A stretch of DNA of 64,000 bases from a virus (IMGVR_UViG_3300020598_000119); one strand, 5' to 3'. Shown: positions 29,895-40,336, numbered from the stretch's first letter. Notes: a model not told the origin generated them from the sequence alone. Numbers and translations are program-made.

Positions 29895-30686
29895 ATGACC
29901 AAAAAGATCAGCACAATTATCGGCTCAGACAAGGGCGGCGTCGGCAAGTCCATGATCGCGCAGATCATGACCCTGATATATGACAAGGGAGGCTTCCCGC
30001 TTCAGGTCATCGAAGTCGACAATCAGCGCAAACTGTCGTCCGTTCTGGGCAAGGATCGCATCAATGTTTCGCTCTCAGCGACACCCGATCTTGAGGACAT
30101 TAGCCGTCGACCACATCAGGCTGAAGCTTTTTTCAATCCGGCCTACATCGAATGGACCAAGGGCGCGTCGTTGACCGATCTCGGTGCTAACGTCACGTCC
30201 TCACTGCTGGCTTGGGTCCGCCACTGCGATATTACCCAGCTCGCCGTTGAAGACGGCATCCACATCCAGTTCGTTGCATGCGCTTCGCCCGACGAGCAGG
30301 CCCTTCGCTCGGCACTGTCGGCAATCGTGGACGCCCGCAACACTCTTGGTGTTTGCGCCAACTATTTCATCGTTCTCAACGAGATGGTGGGTTACAGCGG
30401 CTTTGACCCCTATACCAACAGCGAAAGCTACAGGGAAATCCAGGCAATGGCTCAGCGCGACGAGCTAACCATAATTGACATTCCTTACTGCGACAGCCGC
30501 CTCTTCGAACATGGCAAGGCGATGAACCTCGACATGGTTCAGATCGTCCATGAATCAGACAAGATCGCAAAGGCTGCTGGCTTCGACATGGTCACGACCC
30601 GCGTCCACAAGCGCAAAATGATGGAATGGCTCAAGCAGACCCAGAAGAACATGGAACCGTTGCTACAATCGCCAGAGGCCGCCTAA
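29895..30686 (+). CDS. ParA/MinD/StbB-like P-loop ATPase
   Basis: Deviant Walker A SDKGGVGKS, IEVD, TDLGA; SD AAGGA before ATG 29895. Confidence 0.8.
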   Translation: MTKKISTIIGSDKGGVGKSMIAQIMTLIYDKGGFPLQVIEVDNQRKLSSVLGKDRINVSLSATPDLEDISRRPHQAEAFFNPAYIEWTKGASLTDLGANVTSSLLAWVRHCDITQLAVEDGIHIQFVACASPDEQALRSALSAIVDARNTLGVCANYFIVLNEMVGYSGFDPYTNSESYREIQAMAQRDELTIIDIPYCDSRLFEHGKAMNLDMVQIVHESDKIAKAAGFDMVTTRVHKRKMMEWLKQTQKNMEPLLQSPEAA

Positions 30687-30713
30687 TCCTTCAGAGAAGA
30701 CGAGGAGAATAGC

Positions 30714-31292
30714 ATGACACGCAGTCTGAACTCCCCTCTCTTCTCCGAAGAAGACTTCGCAATGGCTGAACAGGACGTTCGCGAAGCGATGGCTATGAAG
30801 GCGAGAAATACGTCTGTCACCATCCCAGTCGCAAAACCTGCGGCGACGGCCGAACTCAAGACAGCCAACGCAATAGTCCCGTTACCCCCTCATGAAACGA
30901 AATCGGCATCGCCCGTTGACGACATGATGGATATGAAAGGGATACTCACGAAGCTTCTCAATGAAGAGACCCTCGACGTTAAAAATGCAGCCGAAGGTGC
31001 GACTTCGGCTCTGCCGTCCAAACCAACTTTAGAGCCATCTGCAGTTCACAAAATACCGGAGTTTCTGAAGCGAGAAAAAGCCGAGGATCACCTCGATATG
31101 AACGAAGGCTTTCGGATCGTTCAACGAAGCCAAACCGAGAAATCTGGAATTTCTTGGAAACTTCCATATGCGGTTATTGGATCGATAATAACTGCAGCTT
31201 CTATGATTTCAGGAATTGGCTTCCCAACGTTGTTTGCGGTTATCACAATGGCTCCGCTCATCGATGCCGAGTTCTATAAACGGAGCCATTGA
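30714..31292 (+). CDS. Hypothetical protein with C-terminal membrane anchor
   Basis: SD GAGGAG; hydrophobic C-terminus; follows the ParA-like gene. Confidence 0.7.
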   Translation: MTRSLNSPLFSEEDFAMAEQDVREAMAMKARNTSVTIPVAKPAATAELKTANAIVPLPPHETKSASPVDDMMDMKGILTKLLNEETLDVKNAAEGATSALPSKPTLEPSAVHKIPEFLKREKAEDHLDMNEGFRIVQRSQTEKSGISWKLPYAVIGSIITAASMISGIGFPTLFAVITMAPLIDAEFYKRSH

Positions 31293-31298
31293 GTGAAA

Positions 31299-31874
31299 TT
31301 ACATTCCAGGCGGCCTGCCAAAAGCTTTCGCCTGGGATCGCAGCGCAGACTGAACTGGTTTTGCAATGGTCGAACCAAGAAGACTTTCGGTAACAGAAAT
31401 CTCATGAACGATTTTCTTTAAATCATTCAGACTCGCTTCCCCAGGCCGTTCAGGAAAAACATTGAGGCGAGGCTTATACGTTCCACGCCGTTTTTTCATT
31501 CGCGAAGGCGTAAACGACGGCAGACCACCTTTCGATTTTGTGTTCTCAGGCTGGTCAAGATTGAGAGCGTCACGCACGATAGCGTCAGCCTCGGCAAGGA
31601 AGTCACCTTTCACTTGCACGAAACGGAGCAGCCCATCAATAGCTGCTCTAAGCTTGACAGGATCATTGATACCTTCTGGACCAGTAACATCCTTCCCGTC
31701 AGACACCGCACCTGATGCATCCACGGCTTCAAGTGCAATTTGAACCTGCTTCAGCTTGTCCGCAAACTCACTGGTGTCGCCAGAAATTCGAATGCATTTC
31801 GGAGCAGGATTTCCGGTCAGCTCGATGCCAAGCGCCCTGACGCATTCTATCAAATCATGAATTTCTTTCTTCAT
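31299..31874 (-). CDS. Hypothetical protein
   Basis: 191 aa ORF. Confidence 0.7.
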   Translation of the reverse strand: MKKEIHDLIECVRALGIELTGNPAPKCIRISGDTSEFADKLKQVQIALEAVDASGAVSDGKDVTGPEGINDPVKLRAAIDGLLRFVQVKGDFLAEADAIVRDALNLDQPENTKSKGGLPSFTPSRMKKRRGTYKPRLNVFPERPGEASLNDLKKIVHEISVTESLLGSTIAKPVQSALRSQAKAFGRPPGM

Positions 31875-31998
31875 TTTTCGACCCCATTTTCACCTCGAAA
31901 TCATGACTGCTATTTATGAAGAGGTCAAATTTCCAGATGTAAATTGAAATTATTTTAGCAAGGCCACTTGCGGAAACGTTTTTTACAGGGCTAGCTTA

Positions 31999-32706
31999 GT
32001 GTTAATAACTCTGAATTGGCGGGTAATAATGCCAACATCGCATGGAACAATCGCTATTACGGCTCGTGGCGACGGTAGCCGTTGGTATGGTCGAATATCT
32101 ATTTCACTTGAAATGGCGCAGCAAATTTCGATCAAAGAAGGTGACCGTGTTTCTGCTCGATTTACTGAAGAAGGCATTATCATTTACGCGGACGAAAACG
32201 GTCGCATAAAGATACCCGCTGCAAAAGGTAAGAACGACAAAAAGCATGCGTTTGAGGCCGCAACCACCACTCTAGGATTGAAGGAAGTGAAGCTTTCCCA
32301 GCAAGCGGTTGGGACAGAAGTCGTCGACGATACAATCCTCATCAGAGTTCCATCCGAATACCTTGCTGGGGATAACCCTAAGAAGAGAAAGCCGCGCAAG
32401 AAAGCCATAAAAAGCGTACAGCCTCAGCAGAAGCGAGAAATCTACCCAGCCTTTACTCAGCATCGAGTCTTTGGTTCCGCTGCAGCAATCGTCACCGAAG
32501 CTAATCGCTCAGGCAAGAAGGTTCGTCCGATGAACCTTCAAGAAATCATTGATTTGCTTATCAAAGACGGGCAAGATGTAAAGGTACTCGGCCCGAGGTT
32601 CTTCAAACTGAACGGTCAGAGTGTCACACCTTCTGACCTTGCCGACACCGCGAATAAAATTTCCGGTTGCACTGACCAAGATCGCATCATTCTCGTAATG
32701 GACTGA
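31999..32706 (+). CDS. Hypothetical protein, possible AbrB-like DNA-binding N-terminus
   Basis: GRISISLEMAQQISIKEGDRVSARFTEEGIII fits the AbrB/SpoVT pattern; basic linker; start probably 32029. Confidence 0.55.
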   Translation: MLITLNWRVIMPTSHGTIAITARGDGSRWYGRISISLEMAQQISIKEGDRVSARFTEEGIIIYADENGRIKIPAAKGKNDKKHAFEAATTTLGLKEVKLSQQAVGTEVVDDTILIRVPSEYLAGDNPKKRKPRKKAIKSVQPQQKREIYPAFTQHRVFGSAAAIVTEANRSGKKVRPMNLQEIIDLLIKDGQDVKVLGPRFFKLNGQSVTPSDLADTANKISGCTDQDRIILVMD

Positions 32707-32710
32707 TTGA

Positions 32711-33220
32711 ATGGCTCTGAAATACATAGAAGGCGACCTGTTTAAATCGAACCCGAAGGTAATTCTTCATGGATGCAACATGAAGGGTGGTTTCGGCAGT
32801 GGTTTCGCTGGGGTCCTGAAGAACCTGTACCCCGAAGCGGCAAACGCCTATTATTCAGCTTTCAAGAACAATAATCTCTATCTTGGCACAGTACTCTGGG
32901 TTGAAGCACGTGGAGTGCTGATCGGAAATTGCCTAACGCAGCCGACATTTGGACGGGACGGGAAACAGCACGTTAGCTATGAAGCCTTCGAATCCTGTAT
33001 GAGGCATGTTAATCAAGCCGCAGAAGATGGCATCCCTGGAACCAGTTTCGAAGAAGGATTTTCCGAGGTATCAATGCCCATGATCGGAGCCGATCTCGGA
33101 GGAGGAGACTGGAATAAGCTGGGTCAAATCATCGCTGAACAACTGACTGTCGTCCATCCAACGGTCTTTGTTCTTCCTGGCCGTAAATATGATATTTCTC
33201 GCCTGCCTACCTTCGGTTGA
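32711..33220 (+). CDS. Macrodomain protein (Poa1/TARG1/DarG-like ADP-ribose processing)
   Basis: YIEGDLF, ILHGCN..GFGSGFA, MPMIGADLGGGDW. Confidence 0.9.
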   Translation: MALKYIEGDLFKSNPKVILHGCNMKGGFGSGFAGVLKNLYPEAANAYYSAFKNNNLYLGTVLWVEARGVLIGNCLTQPTFGRDGKQHVSYEAFESCMRHVNQAAEDGIPGTSFEEGFSEVSMPMIGADLGGGDWNKLGQIIAEQLTVVHPTVFVLPGRKYDISRLPTFG

Positions 33221-33246
33221 TTGACAAATATCAAGTGATGTGATTT

Positions 33247-33278
33247 AAAACTCCGCACATTCAAATGCGGAGTTTTTT
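33247..33278 (+). terminator. Intrinsic terminator
   Basis: AAAACTCCGCA-cattcaaa-TGCGGAGTTTTTT. Confidence 0.75.
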
Positions 33279-33283
33279 GCTTC

Positions 33284-33883
33284 ATGGCAAGATATGGATC
33301 AGGCGGCAAATATTGGAATGTCGGCCTCAGCAACTTTGGCATGTTGGCTGCGACAGAACGTCAGCAATTCCTCCTGCAGAAGCTAACTGGTATCAGTCAT
33401 CGCAACCGTGGTCTCACCCGCGATCAGGCAGATGAGCTAATCGGCGAAGCCATCAAGGAGCGAGAAAAAAAACGCGAGGGACTAACTGATCTCGCGGACA
33501 AGCTCCTGTCGTCAATATACAAGCAAGCGATTGACGCCGCCAATGAGGCTGGGGAGAAGTGGCTCGCATCTCACCAAGAGATTCAATTCGTCATCAACGA
33601 TCCCGAGACGGGAACCAAGATCGGGGTCTATGGCGAGATTGGGAAAGCATGGATCACCTGGCCTAAACCGACCAGTGCTCTCTACAAATGGCTAATGAAG
33701 GAAATGTACGACGGCCAGAAGAAGGAGATCCGTATCCCACATCGTTACGCTGACAGGCTCGAAGGTGAGCTACAGCTGGCCTGCGAGGCGGCTGCTTATG
33801 CAGCCCTCAAGAGATCAGGAAGCTCCGTTGGCGACATCAGGTTGATGTATCGCCACGAAGACAAGTCACATCAAGCAGCGTAG
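33284..33883 (+). CDS. Hypothetical protein
   Basis: 199 aa ORF; start uncertain. Confidence 0.7.
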   Translation: MARYGSGGKYWNVGLSNFGMLAATERQQFLLQKLTGISHRNRGLTRDQADELIGEAIKEREKKREGLTDLADKLLSSIYKQAIDAANEAGEKWLASHQEIQFVINDPETGTKIGVYGEIGKAWITWPKPTSALYKWLMKEMYDGQKKEIRIPHRYADRLEGELQLACEAAAYAALKRSGSSVGDIRLMYRHEDKSHQAA

Positions 33884-34473
33884 ACGCTACGGTTCTCAAG
33901 CACGCGTTCTAGGAAGCCTCGAACACGGGCTGCCACTTCAGACTCGAACTCACGACGCTTGCCGTCTTCATTCACGATGTCGATGATCGTGAGTTCGTCA
34001 GACTGCACCCAAGTCCGACAGTCATTCGAGAAATCATGGCCGTCCTTGTGAATGCGCAGAACCAGCACGTTCTCCCTACCAAGTGAATTGGCGACAGCCA
34101 GTGCCTCCATGTCATCACCGACGTCTGGATTGAGGATAACAGACGCCTTAGAGGCATGAATGGCTTCGACAAACAGCTTGGCCACGGCGTTGATGCCGCT
34201 CACCTTCTTAAGATTGGTCGATGTGTCGATGTAGGCCTGTCGAGGAGTCTTGCCACCAAATTCCGGCAGAGGCGTATCCTTGTTGATCTCGTATGCGTCC
34301 TGAGCACACTCCAAGCCGTGATTACGGTGCGTGAGGTCTTTGACAGGGCCTGTGAATTTAATGATTTCGAAGTCTTCAACAATCGTGTCGACGAGGGCAT
34401 TTACGGCAGTATCTTTACCAGCACGCGGAGGGCCATTAAATAGAATGGCTATTTTCCCATTTTCATGAGCCAT
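33871..34473 (-). CDS. Deoxynucleoside monophosphate kinase (phage-type)
   Basis: ILFNGPPRAGKDT P-loop, KFTGPVKD, KDTP..GGKTPRQ. Confidence 0.8.
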   Translation of the reverse strand: MAHENGKIAILFNGPPRAGKDTAVNALVDTIVEDFEIIKFTGPVKDLTHRNHGLECAQDAYEINKDTPLPEFGGKTPRQAYIDTSTNLKKVSGINAVAKLFVEAIHASKASVILNPDVGDDMEALAVANSLGRENVLVLRIHKDGHDFSNDCRTWVQSDELTIIDIVNEDGKRREFESEVAARVRGFLERVLENRSVYAA

Positions 34474-34560
34474 TTCAAAACCTTGCAAAATGTGGATTTC
34501 CAGTGTCATTCTTATGCTGGTTTTTCTATCCAAATATGTCAACCAGAAACCCAATAAATA

Positions 34561-35166
34561 TTAGGCTTCAGAAGATTTTCTACGAGATTTAGGAGGCCTT
34601 TTGGCCAAGACATATTCTGTATGGCCATTATGACCACGATCCCATACGCACCAAATTACTTCCATAGTTGGACGTTTTAAATTCATGAAATCCGGACGCC
34701 ATGTAAGTGCAATTATTTTCGAAGGGGGATGCTGTTCAAATAATGCATGTCGCGATTTAGCGTGCCAGAACGACGCTTTAAGCAGCATCGCCATATAATC
34801 GGGCTTCAAAGAAAGGACATGCTTGATAATAGGCCCCGCAATATTGAAAGGCGGATTTGTAATTACGTTTGGAGCTGGGAGTTTTTCCATTTTCATGATG
34901 TCATATTCCGGCCCGTGCCCGACGCCATAGCCTCGATAGTGCAAGTCAGTGCCGATAACCTCGTGGCCGTGCCGTTCCAAAACTTTTGCTAAAGCGCCAT
35001 CTCCGCAACAAGGCTCGGATATTGGCCCCTGAATCCGGTTTAAATGAGGGATAAGCACTTCTGTCACTTCGTCAGGGGTCGGATACCAATCAGCGTGCTG
35101 CCTCGGTCGTTCCGCCCCTGTTCCCCGCTTGCCGCCAGCCATAGCGGCACCAATACCTGTGACCAT
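34561..35166 (-). CDS. Orphan amino (N6-A/N4-C) DNA methyltransferase, phage-type
   Basis: DWYPTP, EPCCGDGAL (SAM binding), VITNPPF (catalytic). Confidence 0.85.
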   Translation of the reverse strand: MVTGIGAAMAGGKRGTGAERPRQHADWYPTPDEVTEVLIPHLNRIQGPISEPCCGDGALAKVLERHGHEVIGTDLHYRGYGVGHGPEYDIMKMEKLPAPNVITNPPFNIAGPIIKHVLSLKPDYMAMLLKASFWHAKSRHALFEQHPPSKIIALTWRPDFMNLKRPTMEVIWCVWDRGHNGHTEYVLAKRPPKSRRKSSEA

Positions 35167-35168
35167 TA

Positions 35169-37802
35169 TTAATCGTCCTCATCCTGCAGAAGGGAGGTCA
35201 GGAAGTCTTCTACAGGCGCACTGTTCGGGTCCCAAGAACCGTCACCACCGTCGTCGTCCTTACCGTCATCTCCGTCATCGTTAAATACATGTACGGCCGA
35301 AGCGGATGCAGTTGCTGAAGTCGCGATATCACTCTTCGTGAAATCAAAATCATCCTCAATCTCATCACCATCATCCGACGAAAGAGCTTCTTCGATATAA
35401 TTATCAACGCTCTCCCTAGTCTCTACTTTTTCATCAAAATTCAGAGCTGCCAAGGTTTTTAGGACATTTTGGTTTGATGACATTCTATCCGTCATCTTCT
35501 GAATATCTCCCCCGACCTCAGTGCCATGAGGAACATCCTTTTTCATACCGCTATTAATCGGCCTCGGGCGCGAAGCAAATGGCGGTCGACCCTGTTCTTC
35601 CGGCTCAGGGCTAAACTCTTCGGGCATAGATTCCGGTCGTGAACGACGAGCGGTTCCAGGTCGACTTTCGCTAGGAACTTTTGCGCCATCGTCGAACGGA
35701 ATATTCTCGATGTCCTGTGGGACACTGTGCTCACCAGGCACCCCTGCCCCAGTAGCCGCACCAATTTCACGCGCATAAGCCTGTGACGTCTTGCGGTTCT
35801 CGGCGTTGAGCTTCGCGTAAGCGATACAGGTGATATCTGCACGGTGAGCTGGGGCACGCTTGGAGGCTTCAATTTCCTTCAGCGAATGCGCGATAATACC
35901 AATGTCAGTATCCGTGGCGATATTCTGCATCGCATTGGCAGCCATGATTTTGACCTGCTTCGCAAATTCTGGGTCAGCCATTTTTGCGATAATTTCAGGT
36001 AATTTCTGTTGTTTTTCGATCTCTTCGCGATCAGGTTTTGCCACTGTGATGAAATAGTTGGCTCGCAGCTTCAAATTGTTCTTGTTAACTGCGCCTTCTG
36101 GATTCGCGTAGAACGATTTTGCTCGAACGACCCAGCCCTTATGAATGATGTGCATTTCACCTTCGTCCTGATCTTTCAGGTCGAGCGGATTAATGCGATC
36201 AACTTCTTCGGCACCAGCCTTCATGTCATCCCGATAAGAGCGGCCGCCAACTTCTCCAGGCTTGCCATCAAAGTTTTTCATGCGGGCTAGCCACATTTTG
36301 CCTGCAGCTTTGACACCAAGTTCTGCAGTGTCTTCGTCTTCAGTTCTCATGATGATCTTGGTGTTGGTGTTACCGCGCACCGAACCAAAAACCTTCTCGT
36401 TCAAGCTCTTCATAGCGTTGATGTCCTGACCCGCGAAGATCAGAGAGAAACCAAGCGAACGAGCCTGCGCAGCCATGAGATCCATACCGTCGACCATGTA
36501 ATAACCCACCTCGTCGAGAACGACGATGAACGGGCTAGGCGAGTTGGTTGGGCGATTGACAACGACGGAGTCCCAAGTGCCTTCAATTTCAGAACCGAGG
36601 GTACCACCCATCATGCCCTTCAACGTGGCCACGACGATCTTGCCGAGGTTGGCAATTTCGTCTCGTGATTTTTCGAGGGCAGGAAGCATAATAACAAGGA
36701 TACGGCGATTAAGAACAACGTCAGCCATATCGATCTCACCATACGGCGTATGGAAGATGTGTCCATAAACGTCAGCAAGAGAACCAAGTATCTTGGTAAA
36801 CTGCATTTCAAGGTAGCCGTGCTGGTCAAGTGTAGTCTGAGACTGTTTGTATCCCTTGTCTTCCTGGAAGCCCGGAAGTGAGGTCATATATGAACGAATG
36901 CTTTTGCGGATTGAAGGCGGCATCTCTTGGTACTTGTCTTTATCTGCCAAGTCGATAATGCGCTTCAACTGAAGATGGTCGCGAATTTCTGAAACGTTGA
37001 GGTCGATATAATTGTTGTCACGCAGCCAGGTCAGAGCGCGCATGACACCCGTAAACATAGCAGCAGCACGACCTTTCCACATCGCCCCGTCGCCGCCAGC
37101 GTCGTCCATAAGGCCGACAACCATCTGAGTGAGCGTATCCGAAGAACCAGTGGCGAACGGGTTCAGCGTGTTGGACATGAGCTTTCCGCCACCGCCGCCG
37201 ATGTCCTGGTTGCCTGTCATGTAGTTGAGAACGAGGAGGTCGTCTTCGCGGCCGAAACGACGGCACAAAGCATAGACCTTCGAAAAGAGAGCAACGTCAC
37301 CCTTACCGTCACAAAAGAGAAAACCGGAACCCCAAGCGACAGCATTAGCTGCGAAGCCGAGCAGGGCTTCGGTCTTACCAGCACCAGTCGTACCCAAAAC
37401 AAGAAAATGCTGACGGCAATCAGAGTTGGTAAGCCAAACTTCTTTTGCCGTTTTCAGCTCATTGCCTAAGAAAAAAATGCCCTGTGCTATCGAAGGCTTA
37501 GAAGTGGCAGGGTGTCGCTCATTAGCGTCCATCATTTTTGATTGAATAGGCAATTTGAGTGGAGAGGTCTCCTCTTGCTTCAAACCAAACCACGTAAATA
37601 AACACGCAAAGATCAGACATAAATCTGCGACGGCTGGTATGATAAATGCGAGCGCAGCAAAAAATAGCAGAAAAGTTGCCAGATTTTGCGGCACCTTCAG
37701 CCAATCGACAATTTTCTTGCTTAGTGGCCGTGCGTCTCTAGCGAGATCTATAGCCCTAATTTCTTGCCTGCCCTCAGGGCCTCGCATTTGTTTCTGGGAC
37801 AT
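35169..37802 (-). CDS. Type IVB secretion coupling ATPase (IcmO/DotL, IncI TrbC-like)
   Basis: N-terminal TMs; HFLVLGTTGAGKTE, DGKGD, SNTLNPF, MWKGRA, LDEVGYY, AQARSLGFSLIFAGQD, NTNTKI; long acidic tail. Confidence 0.9.
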   Translation of the reverse strand: MSQKQMRGPEGRQEIRAIDLARDARPLSKKIVDWLKVPQNLATFLLFFAALAFIIPAVADLCLIFACLFTWFGLKQEETSPLKLPIQSKMMDANERHPATSKPSIAQGIFFLGNELKTAKEVWLTNSDCRQHFLVLGTTGAGKTEALLGFAANAVAWGSGFLFCDGKGDVALFSKVYALCRRFGREDDLLVLNYMTGNQDIGGGGGKLMSNTLNPFATGSSDTLTQMVVGLMDDAGGDGAMWKGRAAAMFTGVMRALTWLRDNNYIDLNVSEIRDHLQLKRIIDLADKDKYQEMPPSIRKSIRSYMTSLPGFQEDKGYKQSQTTLDQHGYLEMQFTKILGSLADVYGHIFHTPYGEIDMADVVLNRRILVIMLPALEKSRDEIANLGKIVVATLKGMMGGTLGSEIEGTWDSVVVNRPTNSPSPFIVVLDEVGYYMVDGMDLMAAQARSLGFSLIFAGQDINAMKSLNEKVFGSVRGNTNTKIIMRTEDEDTAELGVKAAGKMWLARMKNFDGKPGEVGGRSYRDDMKAGAEEVDRINPLDLKDQDEGEMHIIHKGWVVRAKSFYANPEGAVNKNNLKLRANYFITVAKPDREEIEKQQKLPEIIAKMADPEFAKQVKIMAANAMQNIATDTDIGIIAHSLKEIEASKRAPAHRADITCIAYAKLNAENRKTSQAYAREIGAATGAGVPGEHSVPQDIENIPFDDGAKVPSESRPGTARRSRPESMPEEFSPEPEEQGRPPFASRPRPINSGMKKDVPHGTEVGGDIQKMTDRMSSNQNVLKTLAALNFDEKVETRESVDNYIEEALSSDDGDEIEDDFDFTKSDIATSATASASAVHVFNDDGDDGKDDDGGDGSWDPNSAPVEDFLTSLLQDEDD

Positions 37803-38063
37803 TGAATCCCCTTCATAAAACAGCCTATGGAATGAATTTTAAAGCCACACATCCACCGGCAACAGCCTTTCCAACGATTCTGACTAATCAATTGTAATCC
37901 TTCAAGCATTTATTTAATTATCCGAAATCTTCGGTCCACACAGAAGATTAATGCGAATTTCAAAGGAAAAATGCTTGATTTACGGAATTAAAGGGGGTAT
38001 TAAAGCCTTCATGCGCATTGAGCGCCTCAACTATCATCAACATCTAACCGTACTGGAGTAAGC

Positions 38064-38264
38064 ATGCAGGGCCTTAATTCTCGATCTCCCCACCCCAACG
38101 GAATGGCTCAGCGTCGTCGACGCAAGAAATACAAACTGAAACCAGGGCATCCTACTGATCAAGAACTCATTGCAAGCTATCTGGCAAACGAAGGTAAAGT
38201 CACTCAATGCCCTCCTGGTCGCGCTATCGGCTCCATGCAGTCCCAATGTTTCGGACTCGAATAA
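38064..38264 (+). CDS. Small basic hypothetical protein
   Basis: SD GGAG before ATG; IASYLANEGKVTQCP resembles small phage/plasmid proteins. Confidence 0.55.
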   Translation: MQGLNSRSPHPNGMAQRRRRKKYKLKPGHPTDQELIASYLANEGKVTQCPPGRAIGSMQSQCFGLE

Positions 38265-38356
38265 TACCGATTTAATTCGCTTTGAATTGCGGACGCCTCC
38301 AAAAGAACTTGCTCGGCAAATTTCATTTATCAAAACGGCGTTCGCAATCATCATTT

Positions 38357-38932
38357 CTAAGTCGAAAAATCGGCGACAGTTTCAATATCGCCCCGATCAA
38401 TCGCACCAGGAATAATCCTGACTTGAGAGCCAATTGAATATACAAGCGTAGGCGTTTTTATCCCCATCCCAGTATCCCTGATAATTAATGAAGCCAGTGT
38501 CGTCGCTACAAGGTAATCCTGTCTGTCGGCTAAAGGCGTTTCCTCTTTCGTTGACCCCATCTTTATAGGCTGAAACATATCAGGGATAAGAGCAGCGCGC
38601 GGGTCAGCCATAATCTGCTGCACGGCATTACTACCTTCCGGCTGCCCTCCAGAAAATGGTATCCATGCGAAAGTCACCCTTCCGCTTGCAATCACACCTC
38701 TGCTCGCTTCGTATAGTTCTAGCGATTTTGGACACCACGGCGTTGTGAGAACATAAACCACATTCGCTACATGCCCATCCTGCACATGTGGCATGGCTTT
38801 GAATGCGTTTAACAATTCGGGCGATGCGGACCATCCGACGCGAGCAAATGCTTTCGTCACGAACATCGATGCGCCTAGTCCTCCAATGAATCCTCGCCTT
38901 GTAATACGAGAAAATTGTTTATCGATGTTCAT
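38357..38932 (-). CDS. Tat-exported thioredoxin-fold protein (DsbC/DsbG-like, CxxS)
   Basis: TRRGFIG twin-arginine signal; VYVLTTPWCPKS; cis-Pro TPT motif. Confidence 0.75.
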   Translation of the reverse strand: MNIDKQFSRITRRGFIGGLGASMFVTKAFARVGWSASPELLNAFKAMPHVQDGHVANVVYVLTTPWCPKSLELYEASRGVIASGRVTFAWIPFSGGQPEGSNAVQQIMADPRAALIPDMFQPIKMGSTKEETPLADRQDYLVATTLASLIIRDTGMGIKTPTLVYSIGSQVRIIPGAIDRGDIETVADFST

Positions 38933-39020
38933 TTTTAAGCCCTTCCGGCACCAGTGTTATTGAGTAATTATCTAACAAAGAATACCTTCTGAGAAGTCTC
39001 AGATCGGAATTGGAGTAAAA

Positions 39021-39758
39021 ATGCGCTGTACCTTCGCGTTGCTAGGTCTATTGATGTCGATGTCGACTGCTCACACTGCCCCTCAAGGATCGTGGCCGGA
39101 TGAAGCATCCTACATTTCGCTATCAAAAAAGTCATGGGTTCTAGTTATTCCAGCTCGGAGATCCGAAACTGGAGACATCGTTCTCTGGGACAAGGACGAC
39201 GATTGGCTCCAGCAATGGATCGTTCCGCGCCAAACCCCTTCTGGGACGAAGACGGTAGCCATCACTGGTGATGCAGACGACAAACGTATGGTTCTCGGGT
39301 GGCACCTTGAGAACATGGATGTCAACGCGCTGAACAAGCTCGCTGGAAAGTACAAGGCACCCGCTATCGCAGTTGCCGTTAAAGACGCATCGCAGCAAGT
39401 GGCAGTCGCAGGATGGGTGTCAGGAGAAGGCGCTGCCTGGAGATTTGTCAGCTCATCTGGTGCTACACGGGAGTCCGCCCTCGGGGTGATCGATGAAATC
39501 TTCAGCGGGTACTCGGAGCCAAACGAGATCGCTGTCGCCCAAGACAAGGTTGAGATCACAGGCCAGCGTTTCAATGATGGCTGGACCGAATATCGATTGG
39601 AGTCCTTCGATCAGCCATCATTAGAAAGATTATACAGCATTCCAGGCGTAGAGGTGATGGGAACGCTAGATGCAAATAACCCGTCTGTAATCGTCAGAGT
39701 TACAGACGGGAGAGATATTGAGACGGTCTTGCGGTCCGCAGGTATTTCTTACCGGTAG
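39021..39758 (+). CDS. Exported hypothetical protein
   Basis: Signal peptide; SD GGAG. Confidence 0.75.
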   Translation: MRCTFALLGLLMSMSTAHTAPQGSWPDEASYISLSKKSWVLVIPARRSETGDIVLWDKDDDWLQQWIVPRQTPSGTKTVAITGDADDKRMVLGWHLENMDVNALNKLAGKYKAPAIAVAVKDASQQVAVAGWVSGEGAAWRFVSSSGATRESALGVIDEIFSGYSEPNEIAVAQDKVEITGQRFNDGWTEYRLESFDQPSLERLYSIPGVEVMGTLDANNPSVIVRVTDGRDIETVLRSAGISYR

Positions 39759-40336
39759 AACCCTGGAGAAGCAAGCTCTTCTTCATCAGACTGAGAAGAT
39801 GCGTCGAGTGCGACTGCAACGACATTGCGCTGAACCCAGTCAGTCGAAGCTTCGATATCCCAACCATCAAAACTCTCGCGAACGACACCTTCGTTGACGA
39901 TTTCGAGCATTGACGGCGTCAGTGTTGCACCATCACGCAATTCTGCGCGGAACGCCCAACGGTTGCTGTCATCCTTATGAACTGGATACAGAGTGGCAAC
40001 ACCTCCATCATAAGGCAGGAACAGCGTCCCTTCATTGCCCCGACGAAATTGATTGTCTTCGGAGGCGAATTGTAAGAGAGCCGCCTTCATGCGGTTGTAT
40101 CCGGTAGCGTAGTCAGTTCCCTTTTCGTCTACCGACTTGAAGCCAGACTGATAGCCAATTTCCTGCGCGAGATCAGCGGCACCAACGCCCTTGTCGAACG
40201 ATGTTTTGAGCAGCTGATTGTCGTCATGCAGGTCATTTTTGACCTCAGAATAGGTCACACCAAAACGCTGCTGCATCACTGTGTTGATTTCCCTCTGATA
40301 TGCAAAAAATGCTTTCGCATTGTCTCCGGCCATCAT
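39749..40336 (-). CDS. Hypothetical protein
   Basis: Start chosen at MMAGDN after GGAG. Confidence 0.7.
   Translation of the reverse strand: MMAGDNAKAFFAYQREINTVMQQRFGVTYSEVKNDLHDDNQLLKTSFDKGVGAADLAQEIGYQSGFKSVDEKGTDYATGYNRMKAALLQFASEDNQFRRGNEGTLFLPYDGGVATLYPVHKDDSNRWAFRAELRDGATLTPSMLEIVNEGVVRESFDGWDIEASTDWVQRNVVAVALDASSQSDEEELASPGFYR

Noticed and set aside
29895-31292. parAB or repAB partition cassette
   Set aside because: The gene after the ATPase has no ParB motifs and ends in a membrane anchor; no centromere-like repeat seen
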